A DNA stretch of 30,948 bases, taken from the NCBI GenBank assembly GCA_963837175.1, contig CAWIMJ010000055.1, positions 1 to 30,948 of the forward strand. Reading direction: 5' to 3'. The position numbers and the translations under genes are program-made. The notes beneath the pieces were generated by a model. That model ran no database searches and was not told the origin of the DNA. It worked only from the letters and a program-made list of their open reading frames with translations. The stretch is from an uncultured Nitrososphaeraceae archaeon (GTDB lineage Archaea; Thermoproteota; Nitrososphaeria; Nitrososphaerales; Nitrososphaeraceae). Below are positions 1-9,444 of this stretch, piece by piece (the first letter of the stretch is position 1; every line of letters starts with the position of its first letter).

Positions 1-235
1 CATATCTTGCACAAACAAATTCGTTGGTCAGAAAATGACACCATGGAAATTATCATCATTACTATGAACACAAACAAATCATCTAAGTTATAATGATAAT
101 AGTGTATGATGAAATGAATTACAAAATATTAAAAGTACCACAAGGTCGAGAAAGGGGATTTCGCAGATTAATATAACCCAAGTATGATTAATCAACTCTG
201 ATGCCTATGAATAACAATAATCACCTTTTATTATC

Positions 236-900
236 TTATCGAACTACCGCAGGGCTATTTATCACTATATTTGTCTTTGCAATTGTTAGCTCACCATTTT
301 TTTGAGCAGCCATTATTTCATCAACAGATTTTAATTCCCTTACACCAACAGTAGATGTAAAAGAAGAATTGGAATTCCACTTTACAAAGTTTAGCTGAAC
401 TAGTGGAGTGTAATTTTTATCTCCAGGCAATGCGCTTGCAACTGGAAGTTGGAATCCAAAGGATCCTTCTCCTCTAACACCATTTATGAATTCATAACCT
501 TGTTGACGGGTTGATTCCAGAGACAACGCTAAAGCTGGGGCAAAATTTACTTTAAATCCTGGATTTTTGGTTATCGAAGCAGCAGTTTGATTATCAGATG
601 CATCGGTTGCAATAAAAAATGCAATTTTACCATTTACATATCCTTTTGCTAGAAATAAAGATATAGAGTTTGGTGTATTTTTAGTATTTATAGTATTGTT
701 GGTGGTAATAGTAGAGACGACGACGATGAAGATATATTATTATTATTTTGGACTTGAGCAATACTATTTTGTTGTACCATATAGAGCATGATTATTAGTA
801 TAGTGATTAATAGAAATATTGCAATTGTAGTTACAATTGACAATGCTACTGACCCTTCCTTCTTTTTCTCTTTCATCTTAAATATAAGAGAGTGACACAA
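236..900 (-). pseudogene. Membrane-anchored or secreted Nitrososphaerota conserved protein (DUF7482-like), split by one frameshift
   Basis: ORF 688-900 gives an N-terminal TM helix. A second frame is open from about 736 down to the stop at 236 and reads NTKNTPNSISLFLAKGYVNGKIAFFIATDASD...GFKVNFAPALA..GYEFINGVRGEGSFGFQLPVASALPGDKNYTPL...INSPAVVR. The shift lies between about 690 and 736. Family name is from memory. Confidence 0.7.
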
Positions 901-1071
901 ATTTATAAATCATAAATGAGAATAATAATTGTAAATCTATAATGTACTCTTCTTTCTATATTTTCATGTTCAAAGAGATTAAAAAGTATGGTCTTATTGA
1001 TAAAATAATGATAATAATAATGGCAAATCTTAAAAATGATGTCAAATTTGATTCAGGAGGTGAATGTAAAG

Positions 1072-1120
1072 ATGTATGTATATGTATGTATATGTATGTA
1101 TATGTATGTATGTGTATATG
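1072..1120. repeat. Microsatellite-like tandem repeat (TATGTATGTA) x about 4
   Basis: gatgtatgta tatgtatgta tatgtatgta tatgtatgta tgtgtatatg read directly. Confidence 0.9.
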
Positions 1121-1162
1121 TGCTTCTAAATATGATACTTCAACAACATTCTACACTCAAAA

Positions 1163-1258
1163 CTATCACTGCATGTAATACCTTCTTTGAAGTTGACAGA
1201 CAAAGGGTTAGTAGATGTTGATAAATTTCAATTTATTCTCTGTGGGCAGATTAGCTAC
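1163..1258 (+). pseudogene. ade: 3'-terminal fragment of adenine deaminase (copy A of a dispersed direct repeat)
   Basis: Translates LSLHVIPSLKLTDKGLVDVDKFQF-(frameshift)-SLWAD*. This matches the adenine deaminase C-terminal motif FMTLSFLxLPVIPxLKLTDKGLxDV. Closely similar to 24995-25092. Confidence 0.7.
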
Positions 1259-1619
1259 CAAGATTTTCTATCTAATTATAATAGCGGTCACAATTTTAAT
1301 CTATTATGAATAGAAGATGTTTGTGATAGAAATATCAGACTTATATTATTATGGTCTCATCAGACATCCTATTTCTTTTTGTAAGTATCAATACAAGAGA
1401 TAAAGAGTGTCTGAAGCTATAGATTCAGTGGTAAGTAAACACAGCCGACAATAGGGTCAATAATCTTATATATGATTTTTCAAATTAGTTTTATTAATAC
1501 TATATTCAATTCAAAGCAATGCATGTGTATTAGGCTCTTTTAGGTCGTTGCACATCATTACTGATTTCTTTTCCAAACATAAAACCATATTTACTTGCCA
1601 TTTACTGAACAAATAAGAA

Positions 1620-2537
1620 ATGTCTAAAAATCAAAAAGTAGCAGTTATTACAGGAAGTTCAACAGGCATAGGATTTGAGACTTCATTAATGCTTGCTCGT
1701 AATGGTTATTTTACATATGCCACAATGAGAAATACACAAAAATCTAAAGAAATAGAAAGAATCACACAACAAGAAAATCTTCCTATAAGAATTGTTGAAA
1801 TGGATGTTAATAATGACAATTCAGTAAAAACGACAATAAAGAGAATAATTAGAGAAAGAAATAGAATTGATGTTCTTGTAAATAATGCAGGATACGGTCT
1901 TTTTGGAGCATTAGAAGACTTGCCCATGGAAGAGATAAAAAGACAATATGAAACAAACGTTTTTGGTGTAATAAGAGTATCACAAAATGTTCTTCCAATA
2001 ATGAGATCTCAAAGGTATGGAATAATAATTAACATCAGCTCCATATCAGGCTTGGCAGGAATTCCTTCTCAGTCAGTGTATGTTAGTACAAAATTTGCAC
2101 TTGAAGGTTTGAGTGAGTCTTTGTCTTTTGAAGTGGAAACCTATGGAATAAAGACAATACTTATTGAACCTAGTGTAATCAATACAGGATTTGTAGAAGA
2201 TTTGGTTGTTCCAGACAAGTATAATATCAATAAGAATAGACAAGCCGTTCAGAAAGCAGTTAATAGGGATAATAATTCATTATCTTACTACAATAATACA
2301 ATAGAAAAGTTTTTGTCATTTTATTATTCTGCAATGATCAATGCTCCTCATCCTAAGATTGTTGCAAATGAAATTATACAAGCAATAGAAAAGGTTTCAA
2401 ACGAGAAGAAGGTAGGTCCTTTCTTAAGAGTTCCTGTTGGTAGCGATGCTAAAAAGTATTCAAAATTAAAAAGAGAATTGACCGATAGCGAATATCATAA
2501 ATTGTTAAAGAAAGATCTATTAGAAAATAGGGTTTAA
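1620..2537 (+). CDS. Classical short-chain dehydrogenase/reductase (SDR)
   Basis: TGSSTGIG Rossmann motif, VNNAG, catalytic S and YVSTK. Confidence 0.95.
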   Translation: MSKNQKVAVITGSSTGIGFETSLMLARNGYFTYATMRNTQKSKEIERITQQENLPIRIVEMDVNNDNSVKTTIKRIIRERNRIDVLVNNAGYGLFGALEDLPMEEIKRQYETNVFGVIRVSQNVLPIMRSQRYGIIINISSISGLAGIPSQSVYVSTKFALEGLSESLSFEVETYGIKTILIEPSVINTGFVEDLVVPDKYNINKNRQAVQKAVNRDNNSLSYYNNTIEKFLSFYYSAMINAPHPKIVANEIIQAIEKVSNEKKVGPFLRVPVGSDAKKYSKLKRELTDSEYHKLLKKDLLENRV

Positions 2538-2561
2538 GGTATCATATGATGAAATCTATTG

Positions 2562-2584
2562 GAGCTAACTTTTAGAGTTAGCTC
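2562..2584. other. Perfect 9-bp inverted repeat downstream of the SDR (hairpin or protein-binding site)
   Basis: GAGCTAACT-tttag-AGTTAGCTC, 25 nt after the SDR stop. Confidence 0.5.
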
Positions 2585-2920
2585 TGATAAATAAAGTTGC
2601 TTATGTTGGAGGAATATTGTAGGGATCACTCAAAAGATCATATAGCAATTAGGTAATCTATCTATATAGCAATTTATCTAAACAATTTCAATCCATATAA
2701 TCTATATGCATTCGATGGATCCTATTAAGCACTATAAACTTTGTTTAAATAAATTTGAGCTTAATTTTAGACGAACTATACCTCAGGTTAAAACAAATTA
2801 GAATAATCATCTTAGACTAAATCATTTTACATTGCGCAAGTGGATTACATACACCAATGTATTGCATCCCACCGAACCTGTGAATTAAATTTTTATAGCT
2901 ACTACTGTGAATTATTTTTC

Positions 2921-3036
2921 TATACTAACTAACAAAAGTTCGTTTACAGATTTTTCTTAATATGTTAGGTTTACTATGCTTAAAAAATCCTTTTACTTGG
3001 TTTTAAAAGATATACGAAATTATGTTAGACAGTATA
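2921..3036 (+). mobile_element. 116-bp MITE, copy 1 (IS630-related, TA-flanked)
   Basis: Imperfect terminal inverted repeats TATACTAACTAACA...TGTTAGACAGTATA. Only 4 differences by eye from 23364-23479, with unrelated flanks. Confidence 0.88.
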
Positions 3037-3064
3037 GAATAAAAAAATAATTTAAAGAAGGAAA

Positions 3065-3694
3065 TTAAATGCTCCTTTTCCCACGAAGTTTTAACCAAAC
3101 ATTTTCAATCTCTTTTGAATTTATAATGGTTATTAAATTCTTCATGTTTTCAAGTGATCTGGCATGTCCATCTTTATATGGCGAAGACACACAATCTGAA
3201 ACTACTACAGAATAGAATCCTCTGTTGAAGGCATCCCTAGCGCTAGACTCTACTCCAAATTCTGTAGCAATACCTGTAAACACTATAGTAACGATACCAG
3301 CACTTCTAAGCATGCGCTCAAAGCCTGTGTCTATGAATATACTTGCTGTATGTTTATTTATTATTATTTCATCTTGTTTGGGTTTTATTATATAATCCAT
3401 ATCTTCAGTGGTAAACTGCTCGAATAAGCGGTCAAATCCTAGTTTACCAAGAGTGTATATGATTGCTGAAGATTCAAATCGTTTTGATAGCATTTGAATT
3501 GATGTAAAGAATATTGGAATGTTTGATTTGCGTGCCAATTCTACAATTGAATTGAGATTGCTACTAAATTCTTCTTTATTAAAAATCATTTTTGTCAATG
3601 CGCGTTGTACATCCCATGCCACCAATGCTGTATGCGAAGGATCTAGGATTTCTTCAATAGTGTTATAGACTATTTTATCACCAATCTTTTGCAT
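3065..3694 (-). CDS. Isochorismatase-family cysteine hydrolase (YecD-like, Gly at the catalytic Cys position)
   Basis: TALVAWDVQ, INKHTASIF and TGIATEFGVESSARDA motifs. Confidence 0.9.
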   Translation of the reverse strand: MQKIGDKIVYNTIEEILDPSHTALVAWDVQRALTKMIFNKEEFSSNLNSIVELARKSNIPIFFTSIQMLSKRFESSAIIYTLGKLGFDRLFEQFTTEDMDYIIKPKQDEIIINKHTASIFIDTGFERMLRSAGIVTIVFTGIATEFGVESSARDAFNRGFYSVVVSDCVSSPYKDGHARSLENMKNLITIINSKEIENVWLKLRGKRSI

Positions 3695-3711
3695 GTTATA
3701 TTATGCACACC

Positions 3712-3985
3712 ATAAAAAAAGGTAACTGAGGAGATAAAAGTATACACAGAAGAAGACCATTCAAACGGATTTGATGATAACGTCAAAGAATTATACTCTG
3801 AATTAAAATCTGCAATACTTACATTGCGTAATGATATTGAAATGAGGACAAGCAAATCATATATTGGTTTCCGTCATAAGCATAATTTCGCTTCATTTAT
3901 TTTCCTCAGCTCAAAGCTTAATTGTATATTAATATGGGAATAAATCAAATCAATGATCCTTTAAAGAAAGCAAAAGAGTATGCTA
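3712..3985 (+). pseudogene. DUF5655-like domain fragment, 5'-truncated and frameshifted
   Basis: Reads VTEEIKVYTEEDHSNGFDDNVKELYSELKSAILTLRNDIEMRTSKSYIGFRHKHNFASF..KL-(frameshift about 3920)-YINMGINQINDPLKKAKE. No start codon precedes it. Confidence 0.6.
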
Positions 3986-4100
3986 AATTCAGCGATAAAA
4001 TACCCCTCAATCATTTACGTAATGTGTTCCTATTAGAAAGAACATTATTGTCCCAAAGGTATACCTTAGGTAATGCAAGAGATAAATTTTCTGTATACAT

Positions 4101-4504
4101 ATGGAATACAATATGTCTTTATAAACGAATAAGGCTCTTGTTAAATAGTTTGTGGAAGGAGTTTTCAATAACTACGACATATCAGTAATTGAAAAATATT
4201 TTGCTATGGAGAATCCTCTGATGATAGGAAGTGAAGCATTCAAGCAATCCTTGAGAGCGCAATTTAAGCCGTTCCCTGATATCCAGGCAAAAATAGAACA
4301 TATAGTGGTAGAAAATGACATTGTAGTAGTATTCCTTAATTTTACTGATACACATAAAGGAGAATTACAAGGAAGGCCCCCAACAAACAAAAATGTATAC
4401 ATAAGATCTGCAGACCTATATAGAATAGAAAATGAAAAATTGCTGAACACAGGGACGTAATAGATCAATTAAATTTGCTGCAACAAACAGGCGCAACTCT
4501 TTGA
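4101..4504 (+). pseudogene. SnoaL-like ester cyclase pseudogene
   Basis: MEYNMSL*TNKALVK*FVEGVFNNYD...FPDIQAKIEHIVVENDIVVVFLNFTDTHKGELQGRPPTNK..ADLYRIENEK-(frameshift in A-run about 4437)-IAEHRDVIDQLNLLQQTGATL*. Two in-frame stops plus a frameshift. Confidence 0.85.
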
Positions 4505-4713
4505 CAAGTGAATAAGAAATAATGTTGCAAAAGATTTGCATAAACCATACATACAAGCCGAAATAGAGAAATCATAAGAGGGGATATAACGCCCTTGGTA
4601 TGCTTTTGTAATCCTCTTTAGAAGAGGACTTATCACATACCTTTATCTTCTATTACTGCATTATGTAGACAACACAAATATTTGAGTAATAGATACAGGC
4701 AGTTAGCAAAAGC

Positions 4714-4785
4714 AAAAAAAGACACTAGGCTAGGCTCGTGCGATAAAACTCGGATAACGGCTACGATCCCTGATACCTAAGATAC
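4714..4785 (-). ncRNA. Candidate small non-coding RNA (unassigned)
   Basis: GC-enriched core of about 55 nt able to form an imperfect hairpin. Minus-strand TATATA at 4809-4814 upstream and a T7 run (4714-4720) downstream. Confidence 0.3.
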
Positions 4786-4891
4786 AATATACATAATTTG
4801 GTTAGGCGTATATAGATCTTGACAAAGGCATTGAGTTTTGATGACTGCATACTTTAAATAATATACTAACGATTATGATCTTTTAATCTTT

Positions 4892-5138
4892 ATGAACTAT
4901 CAAATGCTAATAGATAAAGAGTATGAGGTACTGAGGAAAGCCACTTTATCTAGCATTGAAGATGGAAGCAAAACAAATCGCATTTTTCCTGCTAACACTG
5001 ATAAACGAGTAGATTTCCTATTGTGTCCTTCATGTTTTTGGTGTGCATCATATATTAACTTCGGTGAATTATCCATTATTAGGTTGTCCTATCTGTCACA
5101 ATAACCGCATGAAACAACTGCCAGTATCAACTCCATGA
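4892..5138 (+). pseudogene. Small zinc-ribbon protein with a frameshift between the two CxxC pairs
   Basis: FLLCPSCFWCASY in the ORF frame. Removing one T near 5084 continues CPICHNNRMKQLPVSTP*. Confidence 0.7.
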
Positions 5139-5451
5139 GATTGCAGTTACACATATACTGCTCCATTAATTAAATAAACGAGTTAATAGGATGACAATAG
5201 ATATACGGGCTAATATTCGGAGAATATGAGAGGCCAATACATACGCCAATTTTCTTAATTGATAGATTTTTTATCCTGTGATTAAGATCTGTCTATATCT
5301 TATAAAGAACCATTTTGCAGTTAAGCTATAATAAAAATGCCAGAAGACACAGAAATAAGCATCGCATATGTTTCTACATTCACTAAGCCTTTGCGAAAGA
5401 TGCTCTATAATGAACATTCTAATCACAAGTAATAAGTCTGCTTAGATTATG

Positions 5452-5914
5452 CTATGCTCTTCTTGACCTAGAATTAAGCTTTGATACTGCATAGTGCATA
5501 AGATACTTCTCATCTTTAAATCCTGTTGACTTCCAATAATACTTATTGACAATAAAAGAGATAAACATCCAAATAGCACTGTTTATGATAATACTAAATA
5601 AAAAGCCATAGTAATATGTCATAATTAAACCGGTTATAGTACCACAAATAAGGAAGGAATGGAATTTGTCGTTTGAGAACTGTCTTTAGAAATTTCCAAA
5701 TTGTATATTCAAATTGCTTCGCAAAGTTGAATGGCCTCTCTTTGAAGTTATTGGAAATGTTATCAGCTGCAGCAGTTAGAGGAGTATTATTATTGTTATT
5801 TTCAGTAGGGTGTGCATATATGATTGGTTTATCACGATTAAAAAATATAACATACGATACGACTAAAATCAATAGCAATGAATTATCGTAATGAATCGAG
5901 AGAATAAGCTTCAT
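5452..5914 (-). pseudogene. Small membrane protein, frameshifted at a TTCC repeat; true start uncertain
   Basis: ...IWKFLKTVLKRQIPFL continues in another frame as LICGTITGLIMTYYYGFLFSIIINSAIWMFISFIVNKYYWKSTGFKDEKYLMHYAVSKLNSRSRRA* (two TM segments). Shift at about 5650-5662. Confidence 0.6.
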
Positions 5915-6547
5915 TTGCTTTTTTGCTTTAAAATTCCAGCTTTTCGAATTTCACTTTATTATACCTATTATTTAAAGTAAATATAATATTTTCGTCTTGT
6001 AATTAGATTTATGGATATAAGTTTATGATCCTTCAACTAATAGATTTCAGCATCGTTATACCTTTAGTAGATCAAATATTTTATTAAATACGGTTGAGCG
6101 TAGATATGCCAAGTTAGACAAATCTGACTTAAGCAAGAGAAGTATAATGGATCATAGCAACAAGCCGATGCTTCAACGACTATTAAAAGAACTTAACATA
6201 CATGTCAATTTAGTACATTCTGGTGACCTTCGCATGCAAATTTTGGAAAGGAGACTGAAAAAGAATTAATACAAACGATATAGTGCAATTCAATTATCAT
6301 CCTAATACTCAGATAGTGATAACATTGAAACGTATTTGCTATTTTCGTTCAGCCATAGTGGTTTGGATATTAAGATAGATACTCAACAAACAAAAACAAC
6401 ATATTGTAAGGTTATCTGTACTACCACCTAAAGGAATATCAAGGTGGTTTCCAGCGCGTCATCAAAATCTAGAACATCCAAAACCCATTGCACTTATTAA
6501 TAAAACTGAAAATGAATAAAAAAACAACTCGTATCTATATCTATCTT

Positions 6548-6984
6548 TTAGCCACCCAGAACATCGCCTAACATTCCACCGAGCCCACCACCATCTTTCT
6601 TTTGCTGCCCTCCTCCTCCTAGAAAACCACCTAATAAGGATTGCAATCCCTGTGGATTACTTCTAGATTGTTCGTTTAGTATATCCACTCCTTGTTGGGT
6701 GTATTGTCTAGCTGTCTCGGGATCTTGTATTCCAGCATTTTGTTGTACATGTCTTACTAGCTCATGATCATGGTTGAGTCCTCCTCCTACTAGACCCCTG
6801 ACAACATAGACTGTATACCATCTGAACTACTACTACTGCCACCACCAGATAGTATACTTCCTATTCCTCGTCCCATCATCTTTTGTGCCATAAATCCAAT
6901 TATCGTACTCATTATAGAGTTGCCCATAGATTGCTGAACTCCACTTCTCTGAGAAAACATACCTGCCAGATTGTCTAGATTCAT
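6548..6984 (-). pseudogene. Gly-rich hypothetical protein (loosely DUF937/YidB-like), frameshifted at a G4 run
   Basis: ORF 6790-6984 continues in a shifted frame as GLVGGGLNHDHELVRHVQQNAGIQDPETARQYTQQGVDILNEQSRSNPQGLQSLLGGFLGGGGQQKKDGGGLGGMLGDVLGG*, ending at 6548. Confidence 0.75.
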
Positions 6985-7182
6985 TGCATTGTTCTATATA
7001 AAAAATATTATTAGCAATTTTAGAATATATTCCCACTTTCGCATTTAGGATTTTATAAATACTTCCATCATGATAATATAGAGATATATTTTTGTTTGAT
7101 GCCTCATAACTTTCTTTTTCTTTTTTTATTTACAATGATTTTTCATCTTTGAATTGACACTTTTCTGCTCCTAATTTTTATT

Positions 7183-7851
7183 CTACATGTTTTCCACAGT
7201 ATCTGTATCTGTTAATCTTTCACTTTTCACTTCTTCAGTAATTGTTTTCGTTTCTGTTACACGTCTCTTTTTGAGAACAACTTCTTCTTTGACATAGGGC
7301 TGCTTTATGACTTCTATCTCTTCTTTTTTTAATGGGATCTTTATTTCTTCTTTTGATGTAACGGGTGGTTTTAAATCACTTGCAGAGGTAGTACTCTCAC
7401 TTGCAGGCCTTCTCTCAACTACTAATTCTTCATGAGTTAATGGTACTTCAACCGTCTTTGTCTCAGTCACTGGTTCTTTTGTTAAAGTGGCTTCCTTGTA
7501 TGTGACGTCCCTTTTAGAAATATTTAGCCTTTCTTCTATTAATGGAACACGGGTTGATTCAGATTCCTCTTCTTCATGATCCTTCTCTGTATTTGTAGTA
7601 AGTGACGGAGGAGAATCTCTAGAATATTTGCTCTTTATTTCTTCTTCTGATAGTTTAAATCTTAATATATTGCCATCATAGCTCTCTACCTCATTTTGTG
7701 GAACATAAAATTTTTCTTTGTTTATAAATCCCTTTTGCACTAACACATATGTATCTCCAACTTCTTGTACCTCGCCTAGTACTTCATTATTTATTCCTCT
7801 TGCTTCTTTCTTTATTACATCATCCCAATTGATATCCTGTTCATTTGACAT
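7183..7851 (-). CDS. YsnF/AvaK (DUF2382) domain protein with N-terminal PRC-barrel-like domain
   Basis: VPLIEERLNISK, KEPVTETKTVEVPLTHEELVVERRP and KQPYVKEEVVLKKRRVTETKTITEEVKSE; N-terminal EARGINNEVLGEV. Confidence 0.9.
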   Translation of the reverse strand: MSNEQDINWDDVIKKEARGINNEVLGEVQEVGDTYVLVQKGFINKEKFYVPQNEVESYDGNILRFKLSEEEIKSKYSRDSPPSLTTNTEKDHEEEESESTRVPLIEERLNISKRDVTYKEATLTKEPVTETKTVEVPLTHEELVVERRPASESTTSASDLKPPVTSKEEIKIPLKKEEIEVIKQPYVKEEVVLKKRRVTETKTITEEVKSERLTDTDTVENM

Positions 7852-7863
7852 AAGAATATAAAG

Positions 7864-7893
7864 CGTATATGAAATTTAATACTTGTAGTTTTT
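7864..7893 (-). promoter_or_regulatory. Archaeal TATA/BRE promoter of YsnF paralogue 1
   Basis: Minus strand AAAAAACTACAAGTATTAAATTTCATATACG. TATTAAAT lies about 23 nt before the ATG; the same motif occurs at 10221-10252. Confidence 0.55.
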
Positions 7894-7985
7894 TATTAGA
7901 CAGCTCCAATCTTAAAAAGACTTCTTATTTCCCATAATAGAACGATTGTATTCCAAATGTATTTTTGCTGTACTGCTAAACTTAC

Positions 7986-8726
7986 TTATGATGATGATGA
8001 TGATGCGGTTGTACCTGTTAGTTGCTCCTTAACCCCATTAGGGTATTCTACTATTACCTTTTCTTTCTTGATATCAACATCAATTTTCTTATTTTCAATA
8101 ATTCTTCTCTTACGAATTATAATTTCGCCTAACTTTATTTTCCTTTTGCTAACAATTATCTCTTCTCCCCAAATAGGCACTATTTTTTCAGTCCCATCTT
8201 GTTCTTGTCCTTCGATCAATGGTAATAATTCCCCTTCTATATTGTAATCATCATCATAAAGGGGTTTTTGACTCCTTGAATTTCCAGCAGAAAGATTTGA
8301 AGTGGAAGAGAGATCAGGAGAATCAGGAGAAGAATGAGGATAGTGATATTCTATATTGCTATCACCATCAGAAATGCTATGTGCAACCGTATCTTTTAAT
8401 TTTGACAGTATTCCTTCTCTCCCTTTGTCATATATATTGAGCTTTTTATCATTAACATATACTTCTTCATATATTAGTGGTACTTCAATTTTTTCAGTTT
8501 TGGTAGCCAGACGTTTTACGATCTTTGTTTCTTGGACAATTGTTCTTTTTGATAAATCAAAATTTTCCTCGATAACTGGAATAATTTTGACAGTTTTTGC
8601 AGAAAGATTACTAGGACTGTTTGTTATGCTAGTATTATCATTGTTATTAGAATAGTCTGTATTGATACTGGTAATGTCGTTATTTTTTGGCAGTTTTTTC
8701 TTGCTATCTTTTCTTAATCTTGTCAT
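7986..8726 (-). CDS. YsnF/AvaK (DUF2382) domain protein without PRC domain
   Basis: IPVIEENFDLSKR...KIEVPLIYEEVYV and VPIWGEEIIVSKRKIKLGEIIIRKRRIIENKKIDVDIKKEKVIVE. Confidence 0.85.
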   Translation of the reverse strand: MTRLRKDSKKKLPKNNDITSINTDYSNNNDNTSITNSPSNLSAKTVKIIPVIEENFDLSKRTIVQETKIVKRLATKTEKIEVPLIYEEVYVNDKKLNIYDKGREGILSKLKDTVAHSISDGDSNIEYHYPHSSPDSPDLSSTSNLSAGNSRSQKPLYDDDYNIEGELLPLIEGQEQDGTEKIVPIWGEEIIVSKRKIKLGEIIIRKRRIIENKKIDVDIKKEKVIVEYPNGVKEQLTGTTASSSSS

Positions 8727-8759
8727 TTTATATGCTATTAACTCCTACTATAATAGATA

Positions 8760-9224
8760 TTAGAGATCATGATTTATAATAATTAGATAACTCGTATTTG
8801 AATAAACATATATCTGCAGCGCATGGTTTATGTAATTAATCATCCCACTTAAGCAGCTATAATAAAGAACATTTTTGAACTGGAGTACAGGTAAATCTCT
8901 AATTTTGTTATCTTTTATCACTTTTCTAATGTATATGTAGACTACGTTTAATGGACTCTTCAACATCTTTTGCCTTGTCAGATAAGGTTCCTTTTTTCCC
9001 GTCTGCTGCTGCCTCCTACTAGATGATGGTTTGATTATAATGGTAGAATAGTTAATCTTTGGGGGTCTAACACTCATAAAATAACCCTTATAATCTCCCA
9101 AGTTATTCTTAGTTTTTGATGTTGTCGATATTGCTTTTTCTCCTGTGTTATTGTTATTGTTGTTAGTATCGTTGGTGTCTTTTATCTTACCATGGGATTT
9201 ATAATCTTCGTTGGTACTATCCAT
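8760..9224 (-). CDS. Hypothetical low-complexity protein
   Basis: 154-codon ORF co-oriented inside the YsnF cluster, with a poly-Asn tract. No recognisable motif. Confidence 0.4.
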   Translation of the reverse strand: MDSTNEDYKSHGKIKDTNDTNNNNNNTGEKAISTTSKTKNNLGDYKGYFMSVRPPKINYSTIIIKPSSSRRQQQTGKKEPYLTRQKMLKSPLNVVYIYIRKVIKDNKIRDLPVLQFKNVLYYSCLSGMINYINHALQIYVYSNTSYLIIINHDL

Positions 9225-9444
9225 ATCTCCCAGTGGAATTGATACTTTATAAAATAGACTTTATTCGTTCAATAATTTAATGCTCTTCTGCTGGCGTACT
9301 AGGAGACAACTTGTTATTAATCTGTTTTTCCAAGGTAGTAGGAACTTGTTTTGTCTTTAATTAATAAATGTTTTAATTTTGTATCTAGTAAAAATATAAA
9401 TCCAGAAAAGAATTTGTTAACAACAACAAGAAAGTCTTATTACA

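Noticed and set aside
942-1221. ORFs 942-1178 and 1036-1221
   Set aside because: Open largely because of the TATG microsatellite (CMYMYVYV); no protein-like features
2641-2674. Short direct repeat TATAGCAATT x2 (likewise AAGTGTCATA x2 near 19150-19173)
   Set aside because: Too short and AT-rich; consistent with local slippage
3670-3855. Minus-strand 61-aa ORF
   Set aside because: Antisense to the DUF5655-like fragment
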